Source of the DNA: Pseudomonas sp.
GTDB taxonomy: Bacteria > Pseudomonadota > Gammaproteobacteria > Pseudomonadales > Pseudomonadaceae
DNA: 40,000 nucleotides
Direction of reading: 5' to 3'
NCBI GenBank assembly: GCA_034676485.1
Contig: JAUCCC010000015.1
Coordinates: 962,355-1,002,354, forward strand
Shown: positions 25,268-36,524 of the stretch, in pieces
How positions within the stretch are numbered: position 1 is the stretch's first letter
Layout of the letters: each line of letters opens with the position of its first letter
The notes under the pieces: generated by a model
Databases searched by the model: none
What the model was told of the DNA's origin: nothing
What the model saw: the letters and a program-made list of their open reading frames with translations, nothing else
Translations under genes and position numbers: made by a program

Positions 25268-25858
25268 ATGTCGATCAAAAATTTATGTGAGCACGATGCC
25301 TATTGGTTTATGCGCGCTGTCGATTCACATCTAGTTTCCGAGTCGGATGGTTTCTTTATGGCACCCCGAGGCATGGCTAAGGAGCAAGTATTTTGGCAAG
25401 GAGCGAAGAATAAAAAACCGCGCCCGGTAACTTTATGGGTTGAGCCAGTCATTACTATAGGTGCACTAGCCAGACTTAATAAGCAATACGGTTGGCCTGC
25501 GTCTAATCTTGGCGCCCAATCGAAAAGTTGGGCCTTTGATTTAGTGTGCTATGAAACCTCGTCCGATGGTGAGTTGATGTGCTGTGAAGTGAAGAAGCAG
25601 TCTGATGAGATTAGTGAGCTACTCAAATATATGTACGTTCATAGCTCGGAGCCTGTTCAGGAGTACGAGCCGGCAGATGCCAAGGAGCGAAATGCCTATC
25701 GAAAAGTTCAGGGAATTAGGGTTTCTTGGCCTTCTTATTTCTGGGCGCTTGGCCCAAGTGGGAAGGGGCAAGTATTTCAAGTACAGCGAGAGCATGAATC
25801 GCAGAATTTTAGTCTCATACCATGCAATGAAGAGTTGCTAAGGTATACAGGCGCTTAA
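25268..25858 (+). CDS. Hypothetical protein with a PD-(D/E)xK-like motif (cassette 13)
   Basis: ATG 25268 lies within ORF 25208-25858. The motif is WAFDLVCY-x-CCEVKK (D-x15-E-x-K). The stop TAA lies inside R'' of attC_13. An overlapping out-of-frame ORF from ATG 25164 hints at a frameshift. Confidence 0.5.
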   Translation: MSIKNLCEHDAYWFMRAVDSHLVSESDGFFMAPRGMAKEQVFWQGAKNKKPRPVTLWVEPVITIGALARLNKQYGWPASNLGAQSKSWAFDLVCYETSSDGELMCCEVKKQSDEISELLKYMYVHSSEPVQEYEPADAKERNAYRKVQGIRVSWPSYFWALGPSGKGQVFQVQREHESQNFSLIPCNEELLRYTGA

Positions 25859-25914
25859 CAAACCGCTGCAACCGACGTTCGTCACCTCAAACGTGTCTGA
25901 GCTCGGCGTTAAAT
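25853..25914 (+). repeat. attC_13 (62 bp)
   Basis: GCTTAACAAACCGCTGCAACCGACG...CTGAGCTCGGCGTTAAAT. Confidence 0.7.
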
Positions 25915-25930
25915 AACACGGGTGGAATCT

Positions 25931-26407
25931 ATGCTTGCTCGAGAAGTAACAGAAGATGATATTGAACAAATCTGTAAGTTAGCAGAAACACGAGAAGAGC
26001 TTTTTTACTGCTTTCCTAGGGCAACCTTTCCGTTATCTGTGGCTGATGTGCGCCATAGTATTCAAACGCGTGCGAGTGCAACTGTGATAGAAAAGGATGG
26101 GCGTGTTGTTGCTTTTGCAAATTTTTATCGCTGGCAAGAAGGCGTATGCTCGATTGGCAATGTCATTGTTTCATCTGACTGCAGGGGAATCGGTGTAGGT
26201 CGTTATTTAATCTCGCATATGACCAAGCTAGCATTTGAAAAGTACCATGCAGAAACTGTAACGGTGTCATGTTTTAACCGAAATGTGGCGGGGCTTCTTT
26301 TTTACCCAAAACTTGGTTTTTGTCCTTACGAGACTGAGTCGCGAATAGATTATAGTGGAGAGCAAGTTGCTCTCATCCACTTCAAAGTCGAGCCGTATGC
26401 AATTTAA
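25931..26407 (+). CDS. GNAT-family N-acetyltransferase (cassette 14)
   Basis: The acetyl-CoA motif A is present (VIVSSDCRGIGVGRYLISHM), on a beta-strand-rich ~160-aa scaffold. Confidence 0.8.
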   Translation: MLAREVTEDDIEQICKLAETREELFYCFPRATFPLSVADVRHSIQTRASATVIEKDGRVVAFANFYRWQEGVCSIGNVIVSSDCRGIGVGRYLISHMTKLAFEKYHAETVTVSCFNRNVAGLLFYPKLGFCPYETESRIDYSGEQVALIHFKVEPYAI

Positions 26408-26465
26408 CGCGTTGCTCAAGGAGTGTTCACTAGGTTCGCTGGGCAGCCCCTTAACTCTGTATTGG
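26402..26465 (+). repeat. attC_14 (uncertain R')
   Basis: ATTTAACGCGTTGCTCAAGGAG...GCAGCCCCTTAACTCTGTATTGG. The L' arm CCCCTTAAC is shared with attC_5. R' reads GTATTGG, which is non-canonical. Confidence 0.45.
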
Positions 26466-26483
26466 CCACTGTAGTGTAGCTTT

Positions 26484-26541
26484 GAATTATTGCAGCACAA
26501 AACGCAAATTTTAATATTTGCGTTTTGTGCTGCAATAATTC
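26484..26541. repeat. Perfect 26-bp inverted repeat with 6-nt spacer
   Basis: GAATTATTGCAGCACAAAACGCAAAT-TTTAAT-ATTTGCGTTTTGTGCTGCAATAATTC, located 40 nt upstream of the Fic start codon. Confidence 0.9.
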
Positions 26542-26581
26542 ACCATTAAATGGTAATCACTAAGAATTTAGAGAGTGAGTC

Positions 26582-28052
<1,471 letters not shown>

Positions 28053-28086
28053 ATTTAATAATAAAGTTGTAGGTATATAGAAATGG

Positions 28087-28156
28087 AATTAACATATTCA
28101 CTGCGCTCGTAGGAAAAGTTGGACAGGAAGTGTTGAGGGTAAGTGAATATTTTGAT
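28087..28156 (+). repeat. Possible degenerate attC_15
   Basis: AATTAACATATTCACT...AGTGAATATTTTGAT. The arms CATATTCACT/AGTGAATAT pair, but R' reads TTTTGAT with the G lost. Confidence 0.35.
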
Positions 28157-28290
28157 TTTATATTAGAGTTGTAGTGTTTTTTATCTTCAATTTATTGCTC
28201 AAAGTTTGGCTAAGCAAATTAATTTCATTTTATAAAATAAAATCGCACCATTAACAAAATAAGAAGATGATATCGTTAGCATCGTTTTAG

Positions 28291-28683
28291 ATCCCGCTAA
28301 AAGCGATACTGAAAAATAGCCTAATTAAATCTCGTATTGGGCAAGGTCGATTTAGGCGCGATTTACTCACTATGTGGGATGGATGTTCAGTAACAGGTTG
28401 TGTAACTTTTGATCTGCTCGCCGCAAGCCATATTAAACCTTGGAGTGCATCAAACAATGAAGAGTGGCTTGATCTATATAATGGTTTTTTATTAGTCGCG
28501 CACTTGGATAAAGCATTCGATTCAGGCCTTATTAGTTTTGATTCTAAAGGTCAGATCATGATTTCTAATGCGTTCAATGAGCAGCAATTGATTGGTATAA
28601 CTCAAAATATTAAAATTGCGTTAAGGCCTCGGCGTGAAAAGTATTTGCAACATCATCGAACTGCTGTGTTCAAAAAAGCATAA
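28291..28683 (+). pseudogene. HNH endonuclease, 5'-truncated remnant
   Basis: The open frame starts just after a stop at 28288-28290. It retains RIGQGRFRRDLL...CSVTGC...LLAASHIKPW...NGFLLVAHLDKAFDSGLISF but lacks the N-terminal half I would expect in full-length relatives. Confidence 0.55.
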
Positions 28684-28748
28684 AAACGACTGTTGTTGGA
28701 AGTGGGCACGGCTTAGAACAAACGAAACAGTCACTTGGTGGACGCATC

Positions 28749-28808
28749 ATATAACAAGGGACTCAAACAAGAGCGTGCTAGACCATGCGGTAAGGCTTTG
28801 CGTTAGTC
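28749..28808 (+). repeat. attC_16 (60 bp), last recognisable attC
   Basis: ATATAACAAGGGACTCAAACAAGAGCGTGCTAGACCATGCGGTAAGGCTTTGCGTTAGTC. It belongs to the AACAAGG...CTTTGCGTT family, as attC_3 does. Confidence 0.75.
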
Positions 28809-29057
28809 AGAAAAAGATAAGATAAATGAAAAAACGTCTGTCGGGCTGGTTTTCTGCTTCGCTTCAAGCCAGCCGTAAATGCGGGTATTAGTACAAAATG
28901 AAATATCGAGGCTCTCTTTGTATGGCTTTAACTCACACCCTAGCCGTCGACCCCATCGCAAGATCAGCTCAATTTCTAACTATGATGTATCAACATGAAA
29001 AAACTACTCAAAATCGATATTTACATGGTGTTTAGATGAGTTTTGAGGAGTAAAGCC

Positions 29058-29603
29058 ATGCGCAGAGTATTCTTCGGAGTGGAGATTCCCGCTGAGATTA
29101 AAGAGCGTCTGTTGCAGGCGAGGGCGGAGGTGTCAGGTGCCAGTTGGCAAAGCGTTGAGCAGTTGCACCTGACTTTGTTGTTCCTTGGCAATATAGGAAA
29201 AGAGCGTTTATTGGTGGTGCGTGAAGCTGCCCATAATATCGTTTTTACGGCGTTTAATTTGAATATTGTGGGTTTAGGGTGTTTCGGCCAGTCTTATGCA
29301 CCCAAGTACCTTTGGGCAGGTGTTCAGTCAGAATCTCCGGTCATTAGCCTGCACAGTGCGATTAAAAACCAAGTCGAGAGTCTCGGAATACACACTGAGC
29401 GTCATGCTTATTGTCCTCATATCACTCTCGCTAGATTTAAGCGCGAGCCCGGTTCAGTTGAGCATTTGCTAGGTGAGTACTGTGAACTACTTTTCGGAAG
29501 CTTTCAGGTGGATGAGTTCGTACTTTTTGAGAGTCAGCAAGGCTCTGCTGGCTCGATTTATACCGTACTTGAGCGTTATGCGTTATCACGTCCTAGGGGT
29601 TAG
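29058..29603 (+). CDS. thpR: RNA 2',3'-cyclic phosphodiesterase / 2'-5' RNA ligase family (2H phosphoesterase)
   Basis: It has two H-x-T-x motifs (HLTLLFLG and HITLARF). The RBS GAGGAG precedes ATG 29058. Confidence 0.8.
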   Translation: MRRVFFGVEIPAEIKERLLQARAEVSGASWQSVEQLHLTLLFLGNIGKERLLVVREAAHNIVFTAFNLNIVGLGCFGQSYAPKYLWAGVQSESPVISLHSAIKNQVESLGIHTERHAYCPHITLARFKREPGSVEHLLGEYCELLFGSFQVDEFVLFESQQGSAGSIYTVLERYALSRPRG

Positions 29604-29770
29604 CTACTGGATTAGGCCTGTACTCAGATAAGCTCGGGCGCTTGCGCCTGACTATTGCGACTCAGTCAGCAGAGTAGTTGGTAAGGTTTTAATTGCACAC
29701 TGTCGGGTAAGCGCAGTGGTATTTGCTAGTATGAGCGTTTTTAATCCTGATAACGATTAAGTCTCGCCAC

Positions 29771-31540
29771 ATGAATGCACCCTTTACACTGCGGCCTTAC
29801 CAACAGGAAGCCGTGGATGCCACTTTAAAACACTTTCGCAAATCCGATGAATCGGCGGTGATTGTGTTGCCGACCGGTGCCGGTAAAAGTCTGGTGATTG
29901 CCGAATTGGCGCGTCTGGCTCGGCGTAAAATACTGGTGGTGACTCACGTTAAAGAGCTGGTTGAGCAGAATCACGCCAAGTACCAGAGCTATGGCGTGCT
30001 GGGTGGTATTTTTTCTGCGGGATTAAGCCGTAAGGAAAGTCAGTATCAGGTGACCTTTGCCAGCGTGCAGTCGGTGGCGGCCAATCTTGAGCAGTTCAAA
30101 GATGAATATTCATTGATCATTATTGATGAGTGCCATCGCATCAGTGCTGATGAAAACAGTCAGTATCAACGGATTATCGAGCAGCTGCGCCAACAGAATA
30201 AAGGTCTGAAAGTATTGGGGCTGACCGCCACGCCCTATCGTTTAGGTATGGGCTGGATTTATCGTTATCACTATCGGGGCTTTGTTCGTAGTGAAGAAGA
30301 TAAGCCTTTTGTGCACTGCATTTATGAGCTGCCGCTGATCTATATGATCAGTCGAGGTTATCTGACTAAGCCTGACTTAATTGACGCCGCGGTGGCGCAA
30401 TACGATTTCTCGATGCTGGCGCAGAATCGCTTTGGCGAATACGCGGAAAAAGATGTGAATACGTTGTTGGGTAAACATCAAAGGGTTACTCGCGCGATTA
30501 TTGAGCAGGTGATGGGGCTGGCGGTTAAACGCCAAGCGGTAATGATCTTTGCCGCAACGGTGGATCACGCTAAAGAAATCACCGGCTATTTGCCGCCAGA
30601 GCACACTGCCTTGATTACCGGCGCCACTGATCAGCGTGAAAGGGATCAGCTGATTCAGCGCTTTAAGCAGCGCCAGTTAAAATATTTAGTGAATGTCTCG
30701 GTACTCACCACCGGTTTTGATGCGCCGCATGTGGACTTTATCGCTATTTTGCGCCCGACTCAGTCGGTCAGTTTGTATCAACAAATCGTCGGCCGTGGTC
30801 TGCGTCTGGACCAAGGTAAGCAAGATTGTCTGGTGATTGATTACGCCGGAAATACTGTCAATTTGTATCACCCTGAAGTCGGCGAGAAGAAACCAAACTC
30901 CGACAGTGAGCCGGTGCAGGTGCTGTGTCCGGGTTGTGGCTTTGCCAATATTTTTTGGGGTAAAACAGACGGTGCAGGGCAGGTGACGGAACACTACGGA
31001 CGCCGTTGTCATGGACTGCTGGAGTGGGAAGACGAGGATGAATCGGCAGCGCCGCAGCAATGTGATTACCGTTTTCGTTTCAAAGAATGCCCGCACTGCG
31101 GCGGCGAAAATGATATCGCTGCGCGCAATTGTCACCAGTGTAAAAAGGCCATTATCGATCCCGATGATCAACTGCGCGATGCGCTCAAACTCAAAGATGC
31201 CATGGTGATTCGTTGTGCAGGAATCACTCTCAGTGCCCATGACAGCAATAATGCCAGCAAGCTGAAAATCACCTATCACGCTGAAGATGGCGAGGAGCTG
31301 AGTGAGTCTTTTGATTTCAGTAAAGCGGCGCAGCGCAAGGTGTTCAATAAGCTGTTTGGGCGGCGTTTAGCCAAGGGTCAAGCGCCGCAAGAATTCAGCA
31401 AAATTGCAGACGTGCTTGAGATGCAAGCTTTAGTACCCGTCCCGGATTTTGTGATTGCGCGTAAGAAAAAGCACTACTGGCAGGTGCAAGAGCGGATTTT
31501 TGATTACCAAGGCAATTACCGTAAAGCGAATGAAATATAA
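29771..31540 (+). CDS. radD: SF2 DEAH-box helicase, RadD (YejH)-like
   Basis: The N-terminus [18 protein letters not shown]...VLPTGAGKS, the DECH box, TATPYRL and a C-terminal pair of CxxC zinc motifs are present. The 589-aa length matches what I recall of E. coli RadD. Confidence 0.7.
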   Translation: MNAPFTLRPYQQEAVDATLKHFRKSDESAVIVLPTGAGKSLVIAELARLARRKILVVTHVKELVEQNHAKYQSYGVLGGIFSAGLSRKESQYQVTFASVQSVAANLEQFKDEYSLIIIDECHRISADENSQYQRIIEQLRQQNKGLKVLGLTATPYRLGMGWIYRYHYRGFVRSEEDKPFVHCIYELPLIYMISRGYLTKPDLIDAAVAQYDFSMLAQNRFGEYAEKDVNTLLGKHQRVTRAIIEQVMGLAVKRQAVMIFAATVDHAKEITGYLPPEHTALITGATDQRERDQLIQRFKQRQLKYLVNVSVLTTGFDAPHVDFIAILRPTQSVSLYQQIVGRGLRLDQGKQDCLVIDYAGNTVNLYHPEVGEKKPNSDSEPVQVLCPGCGFANIFWGKTDGAGQVTEHYGRRCHGLLEWEDEDESAAPQQCDYRFRFKECPHCGGENDIAARNCHQCKKAIIDPDDQLRDALKLKDAMVIRCAGITLSAHDSNNASKLKITYHAEDGEELSESFDFSKAAQRKVFNKLFGRRLAKGQAPQEFSKIADVLEMQALVPVPDFVIARKKKHYWQVQERIFDYQGNYRKANEI

Positions 31541-31854
31541 AACGAGGCAGGCTAAAAAAGACCAGCAGATTTAAACTGATTTTTCCGCTAGCCGTAGCAC
31601 TTCTGCTACCAATCTGATGCGGCATGTGTTGGATAAACAGCAACAGTTAACCCAACGTTTGACCGATTCATATCCTCTCTGCAAAAGCAGAGATAGTCAG
31701 CCGAGGGTGGCGAAGGCGGCCTGTTGGCTGTACCCTTTCGTTTACATATAGATCTAACTTGGTAATAAATTAGATAGATTCAGACGCGATCAGCGCAGCG
31801 GCGCGGCCTCATTCTAAGCAGTGTTAACTGCCGTCTGAATACAAGAGGAATACT

Positions 31855-32526
31855 ATGGACGACCCGGATAAAACCGACTGCAGCCAAGGAGGGCTTAAGC
31901 GTAATGCCTTCCTTTCGGTGCTTGATTCAATCGATCGTGGGCTCGGTTGGATTGAACGCACTGTCATTGCCAGTAGCGTGCTCCTCATGGCATTTCTCAT
32001 GAGTGCCCACGTGGTAGGTAACCTTCTTTTCAATCGCGGCATTCCCGGTACCTACGAAATCACAGAAATGCTGATTGTGATTATCACCTTCGTCGGTGTC
32101 GGTTACGCTGCTCGCCACGCCCGACATATCCGCATGTCGGCGGTGTACGACCTTCTCAGTGGGCGCTTGCGTAAAGCTCTGCTCATTACCATCAGTGTTG
32201 GTACCGCCGCCTTAATGTTTTATTTTGCTTACAAGTCAGCGCAATACGACCTTGCACTCTATGCGCGCGGGCGCACCAGTTCTGCGCTGCATATTCCTAT
32301 GTGGATGATCAATTTGGCGTTACCCGTAGGTTTCACTTTGGCGGGTATTCAGTACAGCTTGACCACCATACGCAACCTGTTCAGTGATGATATCTACCGT
32401 TCCTTCCGTGAAAAGGAAGAATATTCAGACATACCGCTCGATAACAGTGATGAGCACCTCTGCCCAAAGGGCATCTCGGTCCCTGACAAAAACACCCAAC
32501 CGACTGAGCGGAGTGAAACATGCTGA
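31855..32526 (+). CDS. TRAP transporter small permease (DctQ-like) with extended C-terminal tail
   Basis: It has four hydrophobic helices. Its stop overlaps the start of the large permease (ATGCTGA). Confidence 0.7.
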   Translation: MDDPDKTDCSQGGLKRNAFLSVLDSIDRGLGWIERTVIASSVLLMAFLMSAHVVGNLLFNRGIPGTYEITEMLIVIITFVGVGYAARHARHIRMSAVYDLLSGRLRKALLITISVGTAALMFYFAYKSAQYDLALYARGRTSSALHIPMWMINLALPVGFTLAGIQYSLTTIRNLFSDDIYRSFREKEEYSDIPLDNSDEHLCPKGISVPDKNTQPTERSETC

Positions 32527-33803
32527 TCTTATTGTGCGTAATCATGCTGGTGCTGCTGTTGCTTGGGTTTCCGATGATGGTGCCCCTCGCTGTAGGGACA
32601 CTCTTTATGATGTTTACGGATATGACTTTTTTTGGTCCGGACCAAGCCATCAGCTGGATGGCCAATGGCGTGAGTAGTTGGGTATTGGCTGCCGTGCCGA
32701 TGTTTATTTTTGCTGCCGACATCCTGACCAAGGGCCATACCGCGAATCGGCTACTCGATTTAGTCGACTCTTTTACCCGTCATGTTCGTGGTGGATTGCC
32801 GATCACCACCGCCATTTCTTGTGCCTTGTTCGGTGCCGTCTCAGGCTCAACCCAGGCAACTGTGGTGGCTATGGGTGGGCCGATGCGTCCGCGTTTGCTG
32901 GCCAAGGGCTATCCGGACTCCTTTACCTTAGCGTTGATCATCAATGCCAGTGATATTGCCCTGCTGATTCCGCCAAGTATAGGCTTCATCATTTATGGTG
33001 TGGTGATGAAAGCTTCAATCGGTGATCTGTTTCTGGCGGGGATTTTGCCAGGGCTGATGATCATGCTGATGTTTTCGGCCTATTGTTATATCTGGGCGCG
33101 GGTCAAAGGTATGTCCTCAGATCCGAAAGCGCCTTGGTCTGAGCGTTTCAGGGCCTTGCGCAAGGCTATTCTGCCGATGGGCTTCCCAGTTATTGTGGTT
33201 GGTGGGATATACGGCGGTTATTTCAGTGCAGTTGAAGCGTCAGCCGTTGCTGTCGCTTATGCACTGCTATTAGAAGTGGTGATCTATAGAAAGGTCTCTA
33301 TTCGTGACCTCGGCGGTTTGGCGCTGTCGACTGGCATGATTACTGCGGTAGTCTTTATTTTAGTGGCCATCGGTGCGGCGTTTTCCCAAGCGTTGGGCAC
33401 TGCAGGTATCCCAGAACAACTGCTCGGTCCGACGATCGAACGGGTTGGCGACAATCAAACCCTAGCGTTGTTGCTGATTGCTATCGCATTCTTCATCGGT
33501 TGCATGTTTGTCGATCCTATTGTGGTCATTCTTATTTTGGTACCCATTTTTAAACCATTGATCCAGTCCACGGGGCTGGACCCGATTCACGTGGGTGTCA
33601 TTGTTACACTGCAGGCGGCGATCGGTTCGGCAACACCGCCTTTTGGTTGCGATATCTTTACTGCCATTGCTGTGTTTCGCCGGCCGTATATGGATGTTAT
33701 TCGCGGTACTCCACCGTTTGTCTTAATCTTGCTGCTGGCGACAGTCATTCTGATTTTGTTTCCGCAGATCTCATTATTTTTGCCTTCGCTGGGTGGGAGT
33801 TGA
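32520..33803 (+). CDS. TRAP transporter large permease (DctM family)
   Basis: This 427-aa polytopic protein is collinear with 37007-38311. Confidence 0.9.
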   Translation: MLILLCVIMLVLLLLGFPMMVPLAVGTLFMMFTDMTFFGPDQAISWMANGVSSWVLAAVPMFIFAADILTKGHTANRLLDLVDSFTRHVRGGLPITTAISCALFGAVSGSTQATVVAMGGPMRPRLLAKGYPDSFTLALIINASDIALLIPPSIGFIIYGVVMKASIGDLFLAGILPGLMIMLMFSAYCYIWARVKGMSSDPKAPWSERFRALRKAILPMGFPVIVVGGIYGGYFSAVEASAVAVAYALLLEVVIYRKVSIRDLGGLALSTGMITAVVFILVAIGAAFSQALGTAGIPEQLLGPTIERVGDNQTLALLLIAIAFFIGCMFVDPIVVILILVPIFKPLIQSTGLDPIHVGVIVTLQAAIGSATPPFGCDIFTAIAVFRRPYMDVIRGTPPFVLILLLATVILILFPQISLFLPSLGGS

Positions 33804-33826
33804 AGGCCTGCTGAGCAGCAAAAGAA

Positions 33827-33865
33827 AAGCCGGTGGCACTGGTTATTAATCAGCTCCACCGGCTT
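33827..33865. terminator. Hairpin between convergent genes (putative bidirectional terminator)
   Basis: AAGCCGGTGG...CCACCGGCTT forms a 10-bp stem. Confidence 0.45.
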
Positions 33866-33915
33866 CAAGGTTAGGCATCAGATGCTGGGGTTGCATCTAT
33901 GCTGCCGGGCTTATA

Positions 33916-34932
33916 TTAAGAGTCGGACATACCGTACTCGCGCAATAAAATATCCAGCGACTGTTTGCCGCGCTCGCCAACCTCATCAATAAAGACTTGG
34001 CGTACGGGCTCAGCTAACTTGCGGAATGCGTCCTGCTGCTCGTCATTGAGTTCGATAATATTAATATCACTCTTCGACTTGATGGTGTCCAAACGCTCTT
34101 CGTTGAATGTGCTCTGGATATCGTGACCTGTCTGCACCAGCTGACTGGTCACATCCTTGAGCATCGTTTGTTCTTTATCTGAAAGCCCTTCATACCAGTC
34201 TAGGTTACCCATAAGAGTGGCGACAAACTGCGCTTGGCCGGCGAAGATCATGTGCTTCTGCACTTCGTAGAACCCCATTTCTTCATGGGCAAACACCGGC
34301 TGAATATTCCCTTGCGCCTGTCCTTGTTGCAACGCACTGTAGAGCTCGCCATAAGCAATGGTGATCGGGGATGCGCCGTAGGCATTGTAGGTTGAGCGCA
34401 ACAGGCTATTGTCCATCACCCGGATAGCCAGATTTTTCATATCAGCAGGGCTCTCGATGACTTTGTTCGAGGTCCAGGCCTGATAGCCTTCTGCTAGCTC
34501 AGCCAGCGGCACCAGCCCCCGCTTACGGAAAGATTGCTGCCATGGTTCGCTGTCAATAAACTCTGGCGAGTTGAGTACTTTAACGGTTTCCAACTGATCG
34601 GTGGGCATAACAAAGTTCAGGCTGAGCAACTGACTCTCGGGTACGGTTCCGCCCAAAGCGCCAGAGCCAAAGCCGATCTGGATAGCACCACCTTGTATGG
34701 CATCGTAAAGCTCAGAATAGCTGGAACCCCATTTACCATAGGGCAGCAGTTGCACGGTGATATCACCGCTACTTTTTTCTTCTATGAGTTCCTTGAACGC
34801 TTCTGCATATTTTGCCTGGACACTGCCCTCGATTTCTTCGAGGCCAAATCGCCATGTTTCTGCGCTTGCAGCGCTAGTCGCTGTGACAAGACCAAGGACT
34901 GCAGCAACGCACAGTTTTTTATAGCGGTTCAT
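33916..34932 (-). CDS. TRAP transporter substrate-binding protein (DctP family)
   Basis: Signal peptide MNRYKKLCVAAVLGLVTATSAASA and a DctP-type fold pattern. Confidence 0.85.
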   Translation of the reverse strand: MNRYKKLCVAAVLGLVTATSAASAETWRFGLEEIEGSVQAKYAEAFKELIEEKSSGDITVQLLPYGKWGSSYSELYDAIQGGAIQIGFGSGALGGTVPESQLLSLNFVMPTDQLETVKVLNSPEFIDSEPWQQSFRKRGLVPLAELAEGYQAWTSNKVIESPADMKNLAIRVMDNSLLRSTYNAYGASPITIAYGELYSALQQGQAQGNIQPVFAHEEMGFYEVQKHMIFAGQAQFVATLMGNLDWYEGLSDKEQTMLKDVTSQLVQTGHDIQSTFNEERLDTIKSKSDINIIELNDEQQDAFRKLAEPVRQVFIDEVGERGKQSLDILLREYGMSDS

Positions 34933-35443
34933 AATTTCTCCTTCAGAAAATTCTGATTTTTGTTTTTTATTGCATTGAGCGTGTCAGTTCGTTTCCCAGC
35001 CTAGGCAGTGCTAAAGCTGGTAGCTCTTTATATTTTCTAGCATCTCCTTTGGTTACATTTGTATGCACTTTGAATAGGTAAAACCTGTTCGGTAAAGTTG
35101 CGATCAGGCGACCCATGCAACCTTACAATCAACGTAACCATGGCAAACATATTTATTTATAGCAAGAAAACTACAATGATTATTCTTTTTTGCTGAATGT
35201 TTATATGGCACAGTTTAAATAATTTCACAGTGTCCTTTGCTATCAATAAATCGACCTAGCGTAACGTCTTTGATACATTTTTTGACTGATGCTTAGCCAA
35301 TACCTCGTTACTGATAGCTTACGGCAGGCCGTGGCGGTTAGCTGCAGATCGAAGAGATGACCCAAGCATTCTTCAATAAAATAAAGTCTTACTATTAGAC
35401 TCTGCTAATATCATGCCCCCAAAAAATAACGACGGAGACTGCA

Positions 35444-36448
35444 ATGCGAATCAAAAAATGGCTGTTACTCAGTGCTGCATGCTTGGCTTTTAGTGCTACA
35501 TCTACTGTTGCTGAGGAAACTCACGAGTTTTCTGTTTCAACCGTGTTATCCGAAGCCTTCCCTTGGGGCCAGGCGGCTGCTAAATGGGCAGAGCTGGTAG
35601 AGGAGCGTTCAGAAGGTCGCATTACACTAAAAGTTTACCCAAATGCACAGCTGGTATCCGGCGACCAGACTCGCGAGTTTTCTGCGATGCGCAGTGGTTT
35701 GATCGATATGGCAGTGGGTTCTACCATTAACTGGTCCACGCAAGTGCCTGAAGTCAACCTGTTCTCTTTACCTTTTTTGATGCCTGATAACGCCGCTGTA
35801 GATGCGATTACCCAAGGCAAGACCGGAGAAATGGTATTTGCTGCCATTGAAAAGCGTGGTGTTATGCCCCTAGCGTGGGGTGAAAATGGTTTCCGTGAAA
35901 TCTCTAACTCGCGTGGTGTGTTGAACGAGCCAGCTGACCTGAAAGGCTTAAAAGTACGGGTGGTGGGTTCACCGCTATTTTTAGATACCTTTAATGCCTT
36001 GGGCGCAAACCCGACACAAATGAGTTGGACCGATGCTTTGCCAGCACTCACCACCGGTGCCGTTGATGGTCAAGAAAACCCGCTGGCTGTGTTTGATGTG
36101 GCCCGTGCCGACCGCGCTGATCAGAAATTTCTGACACTTTGGCATTATATGAATGATCCGCTGATTTTCGGTGTGAGTAAGCGTGTGTGGTCAACGCTGT
36201 CAACTGATGATCAGGCTCTGCTCAAACAAGCAGCAATTGATGCCGGCGCTTGGGAAATAGAAAAGTCCCGTTCCGAGTTGGATGACACTCTGCAAGCGAT
36301 CCGTGAGCGTGGCGTCGAAGTGACTGAACTGACACCTGAGCAGCATCAAGCGTTTGTTGATGCGACGCAGAAAGTCTATGAGAAATGGACTCCGCGCATT
36401 GGTAAGAAACTGGTTGATAGCGCGCAAGACGCCATCAAAAGTCGTTAA
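35444..36448 (+). CDS. dctP: TRAP transporter substrate-binding protein (DctP family)
   Basis: It has a signal peptide and is the first gene of a P-Q-M operon. The typical DctP motif is present (LPFLMPD...LKVRV). Confidence 0.9.
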   Translation: MRIKKWLLLSAACLAFSATSTVAEETHEFSVSTVLSEAFPWGQAAAKWAELVEERSEGRITLKVYPNAQLVSGDQTREFSAMRSGLIDMAVGSTINWSTQVPEVNLFSLPFLMPDNAAVDAITQGKTGEMVFAAIEKRGVMPLAWGENGFREISNSRGVLNEPADLKGLKVRVVGSPLFLDTFNALGANPTQMSWTDALPALTTGAVDGQENPLAVFDVARADRADQKFLTLWHYMNDPLIFGVSKRVWSTLSTDDQALLKQAAIDAGAWEIEKSRSELDDTLQAIRERGVEVTELTPEQHQAFVDATQKVYEKWTPRIGKKLVDSAQDAIKSR

Positions 36449-36462
36449 TATTTACTAACTGC

Positions 36463-36501
36463 AAAACCCAGCCTCGGTACCGCTTACCGGCGCTGGGTTT
36501 T
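36463..36501 (+). terminator. Stem-loop between dctP and dctQ (attenuator/terminator-like)
   Basis: AAAACCCAGC...GCTGGGTTTT forms a 10-bp stem whose 3' arm ends in a T run. Confidence 0.5.
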
Positions 36502-36524
36502 GGCTTCTCTGGTTGCAATTATTT

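Noticed and set aside
7316-26483. Shared GTAGCTTTGAA at the end of attC_2 (7316) and near 26473
   Set aside because: An 11-mer match is well within chance expectation for this window size.
34933-35443. Sigma-54 promoter at TGGCAC (about 35206) in the 510-bp divergent intergenic region
   Set aside because: The -24-like TGGCAC is not followed by a TTGC -12 element at the required spacing.
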